Source: Marsupella aquatica (taxonomy: Eukaryota > Plantae > Marchantiophyta). From it: a stretch of DNA of 64,000 nt. The notes under the pieces are model-generated. The model worked only from the letters and a program-made list of their open reading frames with translations. It did not search any database and was not told where the DNA came from. Below, piece by piece: positions 24,756 through 38,400 of this stretch (positions within the stretch are counted from its first letter, which is position 1; each line of letters starts with the position of its first letter). Location: contig OZ316899.1 of the NCBI GenBank assembly GCA_973895155.1, positions 4,591,241 through 4,655,240 of the forward strand. The letters run 5' to 3'. Made by a program: the position numbers and the translations under genes.

Positions 24756-27700
24756 AATGCATATGTTGAGCCGGATGTTGGGGTGTTACCACGAGCTATG
24801 TGCCAACACCTTGTGCAGGCCATGGAAGATTGGCGACATGCCTCTCTACCACCAGATGGCAATCCGGATGTTCCAAAGCAGGAACCAGATGCCTCCCAAT
24901 CAAGAGTTGATGAAGATAGGGCCATGGATGACTTGATGCACCAATTCTATGACATAGAGGATGCTGATCATGACATGGCTGATGGGGAGAACATTGAGGT
25001 CCCACTTCCACATCAAGAAGGTTCAAGGAGTTCAGCCTCCAAACAGTGGGAGGAAGCACGTCAACATGCGCAAACTCGGATATTTGATGGATCACGCTTG
25101 TCTCATCTTTCAGCAATAATGTTGTTGTTGAACTTGCAGCAAAGACATGGAGCAAGCAACCTACTTCTTGATGATCTCTTTCGGACATTGCATGATTGTA
25201 TCTTGCCAGAAGGAAAAAACTTGCCAGACTCTTGGAAAGAGGCAAAGAAGGTGTTGAAGTCCATAGGTCTGCAGTACGAAGTCATACATGCTTGCGTGAA
25301 TGATTGCATTCTGTTTAGAGGCACTTATAAAGATGCAACGTCATGTCCTACATGTGAGAAGCCGAGGTATCGTGAGGACATGTTGACGGGAAAAGTTCCT
25401 CAGAAGGTCATGAGGTACTTTCCTCTTATACCTCGTTTGCGCCACCAATATAGATGTGCTGAGTTGGCTGAGTATATGGTTTGGCATTCCCAAAATCGCT
25501 CAGATATGAGTTCACAACCACCCACCATGCGCATGATGGTTGACTCCCCTGCAAACAAGTTTGTGGAGGAGAGATGGGGTGAGTTCCAAACTGACCCACG
25601 TCATGTTTGCCTAGGATTGGCAGCGGATGGCATCAGCCCATTTGCACTAGTAGGTAAGGCCCAACCATATTCACTATGGCCAGTGGTCCTTACTAATTAC
25701 AACATCCCTCCATGGATGTCCATGAAGAAGGGTCATTTGCTCCTTTCGATGATTATCCCTGGTCCTAAGCAAGTGAAACAATTGATGTGTACTTGCAACC
25801 ATTGATTGAGGAGCTACAAAAGCTTTGGAGGGGTGTGGATTGCTATGATGGTCGAGTGCAAATGGGGGGCTTACGTCAAGAATTTAAGTTGAAGGCCATT
25901 CTTATGTGGACCATACATGATCTTCCATGTATGAATCTTTGTTAAATTATCCCTTCCCATAGCTAGGCAACCGTAACTAGCATACTTTGTTATGTATTGA
26001 GTTAGCTAGGAGCACATATATCTTTTAATAAACTTATTTACTTATGCATGGGATATATATTTATATGCAGGGTTTGGATATATTTCTGGCCTGACCACAT
26101 CAGGATATCGAGCTTGCCCAACTTGTGGACCTGATTTGGAAGGAATAGCACGGCCAAAGTCAAAGACCTTGAGGAAGATAGTGTATATTGGTCACACCAA
26201 GTACCTCCCTCCAGACCATGATTGGAGGAGAGACCCCTGTTTATATGACACTGAGGATGGCCAACCAGATAGACGACCACAACCTATTCCAAAAGATCCT
26301 GCATATTGGAAAGAGGTATGGGAGAGAGTATCTAATCCAGATGACCCATTGCAGTATGCCCAGTGTGGCATGACTTGTTTGTTTGCATTGTCACAACTGC
26401 CTTATTGGGCTGAGATGCCACTTAACCATTTATTTGACCCTATGCACATTGAGGGAAATGTTGGGAGGTCCTTGATTCCCCACCTATATGGAGAGAAAGA
26501 CAACAACTGGAGAGAGAGTTGTGAACAGATGGGGATGCATGGACCTCATGGTTTTTGGCCATCTATGGATCCCAATAATGCCCCCCTTACTATTCATCCT
26601 CCTTGGGTTTTGACACGAGGTGAGCGGACCGAGTTTCGCAAACACATAGGGTCTATGCGATTTCCTACAGGGTATGGTGCCAATCTTTGCAAGGCATTTG
26701 GTGGACTTGACTCTCCAAAATGGCCAGCTTTCTTGAAGACCCATGATTATCATCGCTTATTGCAACATGTTATTCCAGTTGCTATTATTGGATTGGGTAG
26801 TGAGGATCTTTGTGATGCCCTTTGGTCGTTGGGTAAGTTGTTGAGATGGGTGTGTCAAAAGGAGGTGAACAAGGATGAGGTTGCAGCAATGGAGGTGTTT
26901 GGAGTGGAGGTTGTGTGCAAACTTGAAAGGGCCCTTCCTCCTTCATTTTTTGATGGTCAGGTTCATTTTCTACTACATCTAGTGCGTGAGGTTGGTATTG
27001 CAGGCCCTATACATTGTCGTTGGATGTACTGGGTAGAGCGGTACATGGGAGTGATGAAGTCCTATGTTTCAAATCGCGAAAGGGTGGAAGGTAGCATTGT
27101 TGAGCGTCATCTTGGAGCAGAGAGCATGTTTTATTGTACAAACATTATTGCTACACTTGATTCAAATGCTCCAAGGGGGTGGATAGATGAGGCATCAAGA
27201 GAAGCAGACTATAAGGATGACCGTTTGACAGGTGCAAAGGGAGAACGGCTTCTTGACCCTAGTGAGCGCACTAAACTCACTGCATTCATGTTGTATAACT
27301 CTCCAGAGATTGTTGGGGAGTGGACCACATTTTATGAGGAGGATAAGCACAATAGTCAACGACCACGCTTATTTCCCAAATTCCACATGTACATGAAGGG
27401 GAAGTTGTTAAAAGTGGATGCCTTGGTGGCTGCTGGGGAGAGTGTATCACACTTCCCAATGGTGACTGATAAGTTGTGCACCTTGGTTCATGGACCTCTA
27501 CTTACAGTTACAACCAGGACTGCCATGTGGTCCAAGGGGAGACACTTTCGTGTGGAACAACTTGATGACAAGAGGGCAGCTACACAAGATTGTGGGGTGA
27601 TGGGTTGGTTCACCCAGGATTCTGTAAGTAGCAGATCTCACACAAATCCCATCCGTTCTACTATAGCTCACTATGGAAAGATAGAGGAGATCCTTGTTGT

Positions 27701-28022
27701 AAAATACCATGCGCATACAACATTGGAAGAGATGGTGTTGAAGTGCAAATGGTTTTGGATGAACCTTGTTGGCCACAATCGGACATGTGAAGAGGATGCT
27801 TGCGGCTTCACACGACTGAAGACAGGGGCTGTCATCAGCTCAAATTGGAGGGCCTCAGATCCTTTTGCATTTCCTCATAATCTTGAGCAGGCATTCTATC
27901 TCCCTTATCCAGATGATCCTGAGTGGTCCATTGTAATGCCTTACATTCCTCAATCCCGATCCATAGTCCAAGAACAGCCAAATGTAACTATTGTGGAAGA
28001 TTTGGAAAATGAGAACAACTAG
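24756..28022 (+). pseudogene. tnpD: CACTA TnpD/TNP2 transposase (Transposase_21, DUF4218, DUF4216 regions), one frameshift
   Basis: IHACVNDCILFRG, KVMRYFPLIPRL, LGLAADGISPF, YSLWPVVLTNYNIPPW, IIPGPK, then a frameshift near 25780 into IDVYLQPLIEEL...LMWTIHDLP. Intron ~25929-26070. Then GYRACPTC, DPMHIEGNV, KTHDYH, PPSFFDGQVHFLLHLVRE, RWMYWVERYM, VEGSI, YGKIEEI and DPFAFP. Confidence 0.95.
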
Positions 28023-28312
28023 CTACTTAGGAATTTCATGGTAAAAGCTAGGTAGCTAGCACTAGCTAGACCTAATTAATGACCTCTTCCCTCCATGTAT
28101 TGATTTTTTCGGCATATATATGTTATCTACATTGTCATTACCAACTTTTTTGTTGCATGTTACTTTACTTATATATACCACTTAAATCTCTGGGCTCTAG
28201 CTGTGGCTATATATTTGTGCTTTTAATATATATGAAATGAAAGCTTCCAATTCATTTCAAATTGACCCTAGTTGAGTTCCCACATACTTCAAATGGAAAT
28301 GGAGTCAAAAAC

Positions 28313-28810
28313 CTATCGGAAACACAACATGCCTTAATTAGAAGCTAGCAAGATGATAAAACCCTCAAAAAACCCCGGCTCTACTGAAAACCGATATTTC
28401 CAATATTCAAAGAAACGGAACTCATGTGCCATACTACAGGTATCGGGAAACTTTGCCATTTTTACCACATCGGAACCAACGTCCATTTGTAATGGTTTCG
28501 GACAAAAGTCGGAACACATTTCCAATTCCACAAATATCGGAAACTTTTTGTCCCTCAGTTCATCTGAACCAACATGCAATATTTTCTTTATCGGATGCCT
28601 CTTGCGTCGCGGCAATCTCACTGTCCGATGCAGGTAGAATGGGAAAGGCTCCGATAGTTTTTAAATGGGAAACTATTTCCGATTCTAGTAGTATGGGACA
28701 GCATGTGTCCGATGTAGAATGTATGGTAAATCCCCGATGCGGAGACAATCGGAGAGTACCAATCTTCTCTGTATCGGAAAGTGTTGTCGACCGAAAGAAG
28801 AGCATCGGAA
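28313..28810. repeat. CACTA right subterminal repeats (ATCGGA/TCCGAT)
   Basis: More than 12 ATCGG/CCGAT motifs in ~500 bp. Confidence 0.9.
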
Positions 28811-29060
28811 AAACCCAAAATATGTACCAGTGATTCCAAATTTTACCCACCCGACCAAAAAAATGAATAAGTTTTACGTTGGAGTTTTGGTTTTGATTCT
28901 AGTTTTCAACGTTGGAGAGCTAGGCTTGTGGGCTACGCGGCAATGATAAGTTTTGAGTTTTTTTGAAGAAGTTGAGAAAACGTCATTTTTTCTTGCATTC
29001 TCACATGAGTCATTCGGAGGAGATTTTTGAAGATGTGGAGCTTGAAGCACGAAGATCACC

Positions 29061-32000
29061 ATGACGGTTGAGGTGGAGAGAGAGGAGCAAGGGGAAGCGC
29101 ACGTGACACCGATACAATCATCGGTGCAGCGAGTAGAGGGGGTTGTAAAGGAAAAAGAGATGGCATCCAGGTTCAAAGGTGTCAAGTTTGAGGTGGAAAA
29201 GTATGTCGGGCATACGGACTACTTGCTCTGGGAAAAGCAAGTGAAAGGAGTTCTTTGTGCTATGGACCAAGATCATCTTCTCTCTACACAAAAGATGTAT
29301 GATGATGAGGAGGAGATTCCCCTCAAGAAATGGAGGCAAGAACAAGTAATTGCAGTGAATGCAGTGATGTTTTATCTGAAGCCGCATATCATCAAAAAAA
29401 TTGGATGACTATGCAGATTGTGCATCTCTGTTCAAAGCCCTAAGGGAGAAGTACTATCGGGAGGATGCATCAGACCGATTGTACAAGAATTTTCTTTTGA
29501 TGAGCCTTAGGCTCAAGGAGGGGAACAAGCTTTAGGATCACTTAGATGAATTTGATAGTCTAGCTGTTGATTTGTCTAATCTTGGTAAGGGCGTTGAAGA
29601 AAAGGACAAGGCCTTGCTTCTTCTCAGTCCTTACCCCCATCTTATCAGGGTTTGAAGCAGGTTCTCTTGTATAGAGACCTGAAGTTTATTTCGTACGATG
29701 AGGTGGTAAGCTCTTTGCTGTCAGATGATGCATAGAAGAAATTGTGTCAAACCCAAACAGCATCGTCATCTGGTGCTGCTCTGAATGTGAATCGTGGGAG
29801 GTCACACCGGCGTCCCGAGCAACGCACGAATGGCAAGGGACGAAGTAAATCTAGGACAAGATTTTCTTCAAGGGGGAAGTCCCAGGAGAGAAAGCCAGTA
29901 GTCTGCTAGAAGGGTCACAAGGTTGGTCACATTAAGAGGGATTGTAAAGATAAGGCAGTTGAATCTTCATCAGCCAATGTGGCTAGTGTTGATGGAGAAG
30001 TTGATTAACTCAATGATGATATGTTTTATGAAGCCAAGAGTATGCCCTGTGCACATCATCTAGGAGAGTAAACAATGTGTGGATTCTTGATTGTGCTTGC
30101 TTCTTTCACATTTGTTATATTCACGAGTATTTCAACTCTTACTCTGTGTCAAACGGTTCAGTTTTGATGGAAAATGATCATTCCTGTCGAGTTGAGGGTA
30201 TTGGGTCTGTAAAGATTCAAATGTTTGATGACATTGTGCGCACAATATTTGGAGTTAGGTTTGCACTTGACATGCGTAAGAATTTGATTTCACTCGATGT
30301 GTTGGATACAAATGGGCATCAATGACAAGTAATTGATGGTGAACTTCAAGTCATGTAGGGAGAGACATTGATTTTGAAGGGGAGTAGATAGAAGAATTTG
30401 TATATGTTGTAGGGCAGTACAATATGTGGAGAGGCCAATGTAACCAAGTCTCACAAGAAAATGACTCAACTGTGACATTCACGGTTAGGCCACATGAGTG
30501 AGAAGGGTTTGGCTATCTTGCGGAAGAATGGGCTCATTTTTTATTTGCAATCTTGTAAATTGAATGTCTATGAGCATTGCATTTTTGGAAAGTAGCATCA
30601 TCATGCTTTTGGTGTTGGAACTCGTTGTTCCAAAGCGGTTCTTGAGTACATACATAGTGACGTGTGGGGACCATCCCCAACTCCCTCACACTCTAGATTA
30701 CTATTGATGATTACTCGAGATTTGTATGGATTTATTTTATGACCATTTTTACGAAGTGGAAGGCCCCAGTGGAGAATCAGATGGGAAACACGATTAAGTG
30801 TTTGAATACAAGGGTGAAGAGTCTGAGGTCAGAAAATGGCGGGGAGTACACTTCAATAGAATTTGAAGAGTATTGTGTAGAACATGGATAACTCGCCATC
30901 TCACCATAGTTTATACTCCGCAACAGAATGGTGTTGCTGAGAGGCTCAATTGAACATTGTTGGAGCGGTCATAGAGTATGCTGAGCCAATAAGGTTTATC
31001 ACAAGAATTTTGGGTAGAAGCTATCAATACTGTAGCTTATTTGGTAAATTTTTCTCCTTCTAGTGTAATCCATTTCAAAACACCGTTTGAAATGTGTTAT
31101 AAGCCGCAAGCAGATTATCATGGCTTGGTAGTTTTTGGAAGTGATGCATATGCTCTCATACCAAAGTATAATAGGACCAAGTTGGATCCTATGTCCAAGA
31201 AATGTATTTTTCTTGGGTATCAGAGTGGTATGAAGGCCTATAGGCTATGGGATCCTATTACCTGTAAGCTTGTTGTCAATAGGGATGTTTCCCTCAATGA
31301 ATCCAAATTATTTAAGGAGAGGATGAATACTCAGGTCTCCCATACTGACAAAGGAAAATATCCTATCTCGGATCTTGTTGAGAGGGAGATTGATCATGAA
31401 ATGCATGATCGGAGAGAATGAAGTGCTCCAAACATGGAGCTAGTTCCTGTGCCAGAGGAACAAGAGGAGTTTGTTGATGTTGGTGAGCAACAAGTGGATG
31501 CTGCTAAGCTTCAAATTGTACTAGTAGACGCAATTCAATCGGAGTCATCAACTAGAAGAACATTTGGTCGCACTGTACGCGCTCCTCCTAGGTATGGACA
31601 GTGGGTTGATTCATCTAAATTGCAAGAGGACAGTTTTGCAGTTGATGATGAGGGTGACACGTTAATTTTGGAAGAATGAGAGCCTTCTTCATTTCATGAG
31701 GCCAATGCTTCAAAGGAGAAGCAAGAATGGACTGCAACAATGCAAACAGAGATGCAGTCACTGAAGAACAACAGAACGTGAGAGCTTGTTAAGTTGCCTA
31801 AGGGTCAGGAAGTGGTGGACAACAAGTGGATTTACAAGCTGAAGGATAATTCAACAGGAGGTGGATCAAAGGTCTACAAGGCTAGGTTGGTAGCCAAGGG
31901 ATTCACACAAGAGAAAGGTGTGGAATACAATGAGGTCTGTTCACCAGTTGCTAAATACTCTACAATATGGCTATTATGTGTACTTGTTGTAATGTTTGGT

Positions 32001-33253
32001 TTGTTGCTAGATCAGGTGAATGTTGTCACAACTTTCCTCTATGGCACCTTGGAAGAGGTGATATTTATGAGACAGCCGCTAGGTTTTGTGAAGAGAGGAC
32101 AGGAGGAAATTGTTTGTAGATTGTTGAAATCCTTGTATGGGTTGAAACAGTCACCAAGATAATGGAACAAGCGGTTTGACGATTGGATTTAGACACAAGG
32201 TTTTCACAAGAGTGTGTTTGACCCTTGTGTATATTTGAAACTGGTAAAGAATGTTGTCTTTGGGTTCATTATTTTAGTACTTTATGTGGATGACATGTTT
32301 ATTGCGTCTGAGATTGTTAAGTTTCAGCCACTGCTCAATGCAAAGTTTAAGATGAAGGGCCTAGGGCCAGCTAAGAGGATTTTGGGTATGCAAATCACTA
32401 GGGACTTGGAGGCTGGTAAGCTATGGTTGACACAAAACAATGATGCGAGGAAGGTAATTGCTAGGTTCAACATGGGGGATAGTAAGCCAATAAGTACCCA
32501 TTTGGCTGTACACTTCAAATTGTCATCAACTTTTTGTCCCACAGATGCGATAGAGATGGGGCTGATGTCAAAGGTTCCTTATGATAAGGCAATGGGAAGT
32601 CTCATGTATTTGATGACTTGCACTAGACTTGATCTTGCCATGGCTTTGGGCAAGGTGAGCAGGTACATGTCAAATCCAAGAAAGGTACATTGAGAAGCAG
32701 TGAAGTGGATTATCAGGTATGTGAAGGGTACCATGGATCATGGTCTTTTATTTGATGCAAATGAAAAAAATCTAGATCATTGATTGGCTATGTAGATCCT
32801 GACTATGGACAAGATCTGGACCAAAGGATATCAACAACAGGGTACGTGTTCACACTTGGCGGTGGATGCATAAGTTGGAGGTCTACTTTGCAGAAGTGTA
32901 TTGCTCAGTCTCCTATAGAAGCAAAGTATGTTGCAGCAATGGAAGCAGCAAAGGAAGCGATTTGGTTGGATAGACTTATCACTGAAATGAGATTGCCACA
33001 GGGGAATGTGAAGCTCCATTGTGATAGTTAGAGTGCGCTCCACCTTGCTGTGAACCAGGTGATGGACAGTAGAGTGAAGCACATAGACGTCAGGTACCAT
33101 TTTATCAGGCAGGCTTTGTCTAATAATTTGTTTGAGCTAGTCAAGATAGACAGTAAACTCAACCCAACTGACGCATTTACCAAAGTGATTCCTTTGGAAA
33201 GTTTCTCTAGACATCGTGACGTGCTACAAGTTTTGCAATTGCATCACAAGTAG
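29061..33253 (+). pseudogene. Copia gag-pol (gag, Zn knuckle, protease, integrase, RT, RNase H), many stops and frameshifts
   Basis: KFEVEKYVG, GHIKRDC, WILDCAC, RLGHMSEKGL, HSDVWGP, KKCIFLGY, YKARLVAKGFTQ, LLKSLYGLKQSPR, LYVDDM, GYVDPD and KHIDVRYHFIR. Confidence 0.95.
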
Positions 33254-33435
33254 GGTTTTTTTTAACATTCACTGTAATATTACTGATATATGCTCTTCTT
33301 CACTTCTAGTAATAGGCTACGGCTTAGTTCTGGTTTACTCTAGTTAGAGAGGGGAAACCGTTTTGGATTTTGTCCAGAACTTCCCGCTGAGGAATCATAT
33401 AGGTTAGCAGTATTACCCTCTCCTAGACCAGAGTC

Positions 33436-33446
33436 AAGGGGGAGAT
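33436..33446 (+). other. Polypurine tract
   Basis: AAGGGGGAGAT immediately before the 3' LTR. Confidence 0.9.
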
Positions 33447-33784
33447 TCTTATTACTCAAGGTCTAGGGTTATGACATGTAACTATAGTTAGGCTAACCGT
33501 AGTCGGAGACGTGGTTAGGTGAACTACGATGCACACTATATGCCAAACAATGTTTGCTTGGATAAGTGGAACTTAGGCTCATTGTTACGGAGCCACTTGA
33601 GAGATGAGGAGAACTTACACTGTGGAAACTTGGTATAGCCGACGGGCTTAGAGTTCAGTAAAGCTCTCTTGTGTGTTCCCGTGGACGTAGCCTCAAGGAG
33701 GTGAACCACGTATCTCTTGTGTCGACTATTTGTGCGTTGGATGTGTCATGTGCTTACCGTTGTGATTATTGTCTATGCTCAAGA
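33447..33784 (+). repeat. Copia 3' LTR (338 bp)
   Basis: Aligns with 14315-14657 and is followed by the TSD ATTCC. Confidence 0.93.
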
Positions 33785-34800
33785 ATTCCCAGATGCATGT
33801 CATTTCCTCTTCAAAGATTTGGTGACAACGTCTCCATTGAGAGGTGCCCGTCTCTCTAAGTCAAACTTGGCAGCGTTGGACAATAGCATATTTGTTGCTT
33901 CTTCAAACAACTTGGGGGAGCCTGCCTGGTCCGCTGACCGGAAAGCCAATTCCCAAATCGTTGGACCTTTTCCTCTATTCAACCCTTTCCGATACGTAGT
34001 GTAAGCTGCAACCTTAGAAATAGCTTGATTTTGGTCCATTTCACATGCCTCAAAGAGCCCAACCTTGTTTTTCATTACCCACGCTTTCATACTTGCGTGA
34101 ATGGACTCTGATCTTGTACAGTTAGGAATCTTAGCTCCTTTGGCACTCTTGTTTTGCAATAATATAGATTAAAACGCTTGTTAAGCAACAAGAAAATACT
34201 AGCGCCAGGCGCTAGAGAAGTGGAGCCGGTACCTAGAAGTAAATATTTGCAATGTAGATGACGGGACGGCTTATTGTGTCCAATTGTGTCATCTGGCAAT
34301 TGGAATAAATAATAGTGCCAGGCGCTAGGAATAAAGGACACTATGGTATTGTAAAATTCAACGTTTACACTGTCAATACAATCATTCTGTAATTTTACTA
34401 TACCAGCACTTGGCGCTAGTAATATTCCAAAAATGAAGAGGAAAATAAAACAACTTACCAAACTAATAAAATTTCCCCATTGCCTCCACTTGACAACCCA
34501 CCAAGAAATCCAACTCTAAAGCATTTGAAGCTCTCCTGGGACATGGTTACCGGACTACCACCACAAATCAATCTCCCTTGAAAGTCGGTAAGCCTCTACA
34601 AACATGGAGGCATTTCGCATTTTATCCCAAAGCCTACGATGCTTTGCTTGACTCTCGTCCAAGTAACACTCCTTCAACTGAATGGTGATGGAAGGCTTGG
34701 TAGAAATGGAATGCGTCTGTTTGCTCACGCTTTGGGTTTGGATGCCTCCAAAAAAGATGTTTTGGGTTGCCAACCACCCAGCTTGGGCGTTGTCCGCCAT

Positions 34801-35087
34801 GAAGCCATGAATGATTGGATTTTCTAACCGATTCTCCTGGGACACCTCAATCATTAGTCTCCAAGCCTTCTCAAAGGACTTGGTATCCTCAATTTTTAGT
34901 TTGCAGGTGAATAAAGTACACAAAGCACGATAGTTGTGGTCGTAACTATGTGCACTAAAAGTAACCCAATCTTTTGTAAGTCATTTCATCACATCATGAA
35001 GCCATGAATGATCGGATTTTCTAACCAATTCTCCTTGGACACCTTAATCATTAGTCTCCAAGCCTTCTTGAAGGACTCAGTATCCTC
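34801..35087. repeat. 197-bp tandem duplication within the MULE transposase; copy 2 (from 34998) is split by the LINE and resumes at 39904
   Basis: GAAGCCATGAATGAT...AGTCTCCAAGCCTTC at 34801 and 34998. TTTTTAGTTTG...CACATCA at ~34890-34995 and ~39906-40010. Confidence 0.85.
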
Positions 35088-35447
35088 ATTTTATTTTATT
35101 TTATTTTATTTATTATTATTAATTTTGAAATTTTGAAATTTATTCCGCGTGAACCCCACGGATGAGGGAAACAGGCAATCCAAAAGGCGGCAGGCCATCA
35201 AGGGCAGAAAAAACATACACATCAAAGCGGTAGCACAATCCACAAGAGAGCAAGTCCGAATGAAACTAGGGATCAGACTGAGGATCCCAAGTGTCAATCC
35301 GAGTCAAAAGGAGTATTCCTAGGGATCAGAGTAGTCCCAATCTCAGGAGAACATGAGGCAAAATCTAAGCAGAAGCAAGATTGCCCAGTCTAGCTACATC
35401 AAAGTGTCAACCTGTCAAAGGCAAAAAGGCAATGGAGTAACCAGGCT

Positions 35448-38400
35448 TCAATGAGTTGCAGTACTCCGAGTATCCCGACCTAAAATCCTAAGTTGCTCTA
35501 CTTCAAGGAGAGATCTTGCCTTGGTAAGGCGTACATGTTTGTTGCTCCGGGGTGAAGCTAAAGCAACAACATTCAGATGGTCAATAGTTTCAGAGAAATC
35601 TTGCCATTGATCAAAAGTCCTCAGTCTAGTTCTATCAAAAGTGTGCCCATTCCTAGCTAACCAGATAGACCACAGAGTCTGGAATAGAAGAAAGGTACGT
35701 AGTGTAGTCCGAGGGGCCTTCCCAGACGTGGAAAGGAGTAAGCCCACAATGCTCATCCTGCCAATCGCTAAAATTCCATGTATCTAGCCGCTAGCAGTGA
35801 CCCAACAATGGATGGCATGCCTGCATAAAAGAAATATGTGCGGGATGGTCTCAACTGTTCCCGTGCAGAGCGTGCAGCAGCCATCAGATTTACCAATTTG
35901 TAGCGCCCGTGACCCTGAGAAGAGGCCCTGCGCCAAGATCCTCCACAAAAAGGTTTTGGCTTTCGTGGAGAGATCAGCAGTCCAAACCACTTTCCAGATA
36001 TACTTCCACTCAAGCTCCATCAGAGTCTCATGCCAAATTTGATTAAGTCTAATAAAGTCAGAGCCCTTTGGGCGGAGCATCTTGTATACCCTACTATTAG
36101 GTATACTGAAGCGCACGGGCACCGCCTCCTTATCAAGCCAACGCCATTGCCAATCCAAAGAGTCAAAGGCACTGCCCCGATATCCAGATTGAAGAACAAC
36201 ATTGAGGAAAGCGAGGCCCCAGTTCTTCTCAGCACCAGAGAAGCCTCTAAATCTAAGAAGTCTATCTTCAAAGTTCCTCCAAACCCCGTCCACAGGGGAC
36301 CATAAATCACCAACAACTCTGACTCCTAACCTTCCACATATCTTGACAATGGCGAGTAGGTCTATCTCAGCGAGATTGTAGAAGCCTATCAAGCAGCGGA
36401 GCAGGTCTTCAATACCCCAGTGGCCTGGAATAGCAATCTCCCCAGGAAAGAAAAGCAGATTAGCTCTTACCTCCATCCAAGAAGTCCAGATCTGACCAGT
36501 GTAAATTAGTCGGCCAACAAACGGGGAGTACTGAGCAGCATCTTATCTGACATAGAATATCTGTTCCTGCGGACCGTCTTATAGTTCCTCCATTTAACTA
36601 AGTGTATATTCTCAGCAAACAATCGGGCCCACTCAGAATACGGATGATCCAGTGCACCAGTGAACTACTTACTGAGAAGAGCATTCGAATGCCTTTTGAA
36701 ATCCTTCAGACCAAGCCCCCCATCAGCTTTTGGTCGGGATAATTTATCCCAGGCAACCAGCGGAATACGCTTCCCTCCCTGGTCATTAGTACCCCATAGA
36801 AACAGTCTACTCAATGTTGTCAGTTTCTTGGTTAACAAATTAGGCAATCGCAAAAACATCATATGATACACTGGAATGGCCTGAAGTACATGTTTGACCA
36901 ACAGTAATCTACCAGTGAAAGAGAGGAACCGTGTCGACCAGGATGAGAGTCTGGCTCCAATACGGTCTAGACAGAAGTTGTGAAGTTGACTTTCAGTCAA
37001 TCCAGTGCCAAAGGGGGCTCCCAAGTATTTTTGCACCGAGCCTGGTTCAGAGATCACACATCCAGTGGCGCGAAGCTAATCCGGGATCCCATCTAAAGCA
37101 ATGGGTATAACAATTGACTTCTGTAGATTCAGCTTAGCTCTTGTAGCCGTCTCGTAGCAGTGAATGGCAGTTCTAGCCTGTTCAAAAGCCACTTCTGTGG
37201 CTGGGATGAATAAACCCAGGTCATCGGCAAAGAGACGAAAACAAATATTCAGGAATTCAGAGATCTTTATGCCTTGCAGTCTCCCAGCATCTATCTCCGC
37301 ATTGAAAAAATCCATAAGCGGTTGTGTGGAAATAGCAAAAAGTAAAGGTGACAAGGGGCAGCCATGTCTAACTCCATAGAGCATATGTACATCTTCTGTC
37401 CACAGACCATTCACTAGAGCCTTGGAGCATCCATGACTAAGCAGGGACTTCACAAGAAAGATAAAATGTGAGCCAAGCCCAAGCAGATGCATTGTCTCCC
37501 AAATATAGGAGTGGTCCACTCTGTCGAATGCTTTTTCAAAATTGAGTTTCAGGAATAGGGTAGGGGTTTTAGTGCAATTAAGCTAGTCATGCATAAGCCA
37601 TGTGAGAGAGATATTTTCAAGGATATGGCGACCAGGGATGAAGCCAGTCTGCTGCAAATTGATCATTCGAGGTAGAAGTATCTTCAGTCGCATGGCAAGC
37701 AATTTAGCAATAAGTTTGTATGTGATAGTCAACATAGTTAAGGGGCGCCAATCCCCAAGTCGTCGCTTGTCAGTTTTCTTGGGGATGAAACGAATAACAC
37801 CATCCTTGATGCAGGATGCCAACAGGCCAGTACGCCAGAAGTCACAGACCATATCATACATGTCTTCCTTCATAAATTCCCAGCAGGCAGAAAGCACTTC
37901 AGCGGTCATCCCATCAATGCCCGGTGCTTTGTCAGTTGGCAGCAGAAGTACAGTATTATGTAGTTCTTTTAATGAAGGTAGCTCTGCAAGTCGCCTGATC
38001 TCAGCTGTAGTAGGGGCAAAAAAAGTGTGACTGCAAAGCAAGCGGCGAACAATAGTCCTCTCAGAGCAGTGCTCTACATCTAGCTCCAAAGGGTAGTAAA
38101 GTTCTTCACAGTGTTTGTGTACCTCTTCTAGAATGAGTGTTTCATCTAGGATCACCCGATCACCCGCAACCGTGAGGGATTCCATCTGTTCTTGCTAGCG
38201 TTGGGTATAACCACCGTGACAGCAAACAACAAACAGCAAACAGCAAATAGTTACTCGTAACAGCAAACGGGTGGTAAAACTTTTGGAATTTTTTTGGGAA
38301 TTTTTTTGGGAATTTTTTTGGGGGAATTTTTTTTGGGGAAAAAATATAAAAAAAAATTTGTGAGTCGATATTTTTTGGCTAGCGCCCGGAGCTAGTAATA

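Larger units (their letters stand above)
18939..28832 (+). mobile_element. Complete CACTA (En/Spm) DNA transposon, ~9.9 kb
   Basis: Left end CACTAGTACAT; right end reverse complement CACTGGTACAT (10/11 match). 3-bp TSD ATT at 18936-18938 and 28833-28835. Dense subterminal ATCGGA/TCCGAT repeats and a TnpD transposase inside. Confidence 0.95.
14315..33784 (+). mobile_element. Full-length Ty1/copia LTR retrotransposon (degenerate) carrying nested insertions
   Basis: Homologous LTRs at 14315-14657 and 33447-33784, 5-bp TSD ATTCC (14310-14314 and 33785-33789), PBS after the 5' LTR, PPT before the 3' LTR, and gag-pol at 29061-33253. Confidence 0.93.
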
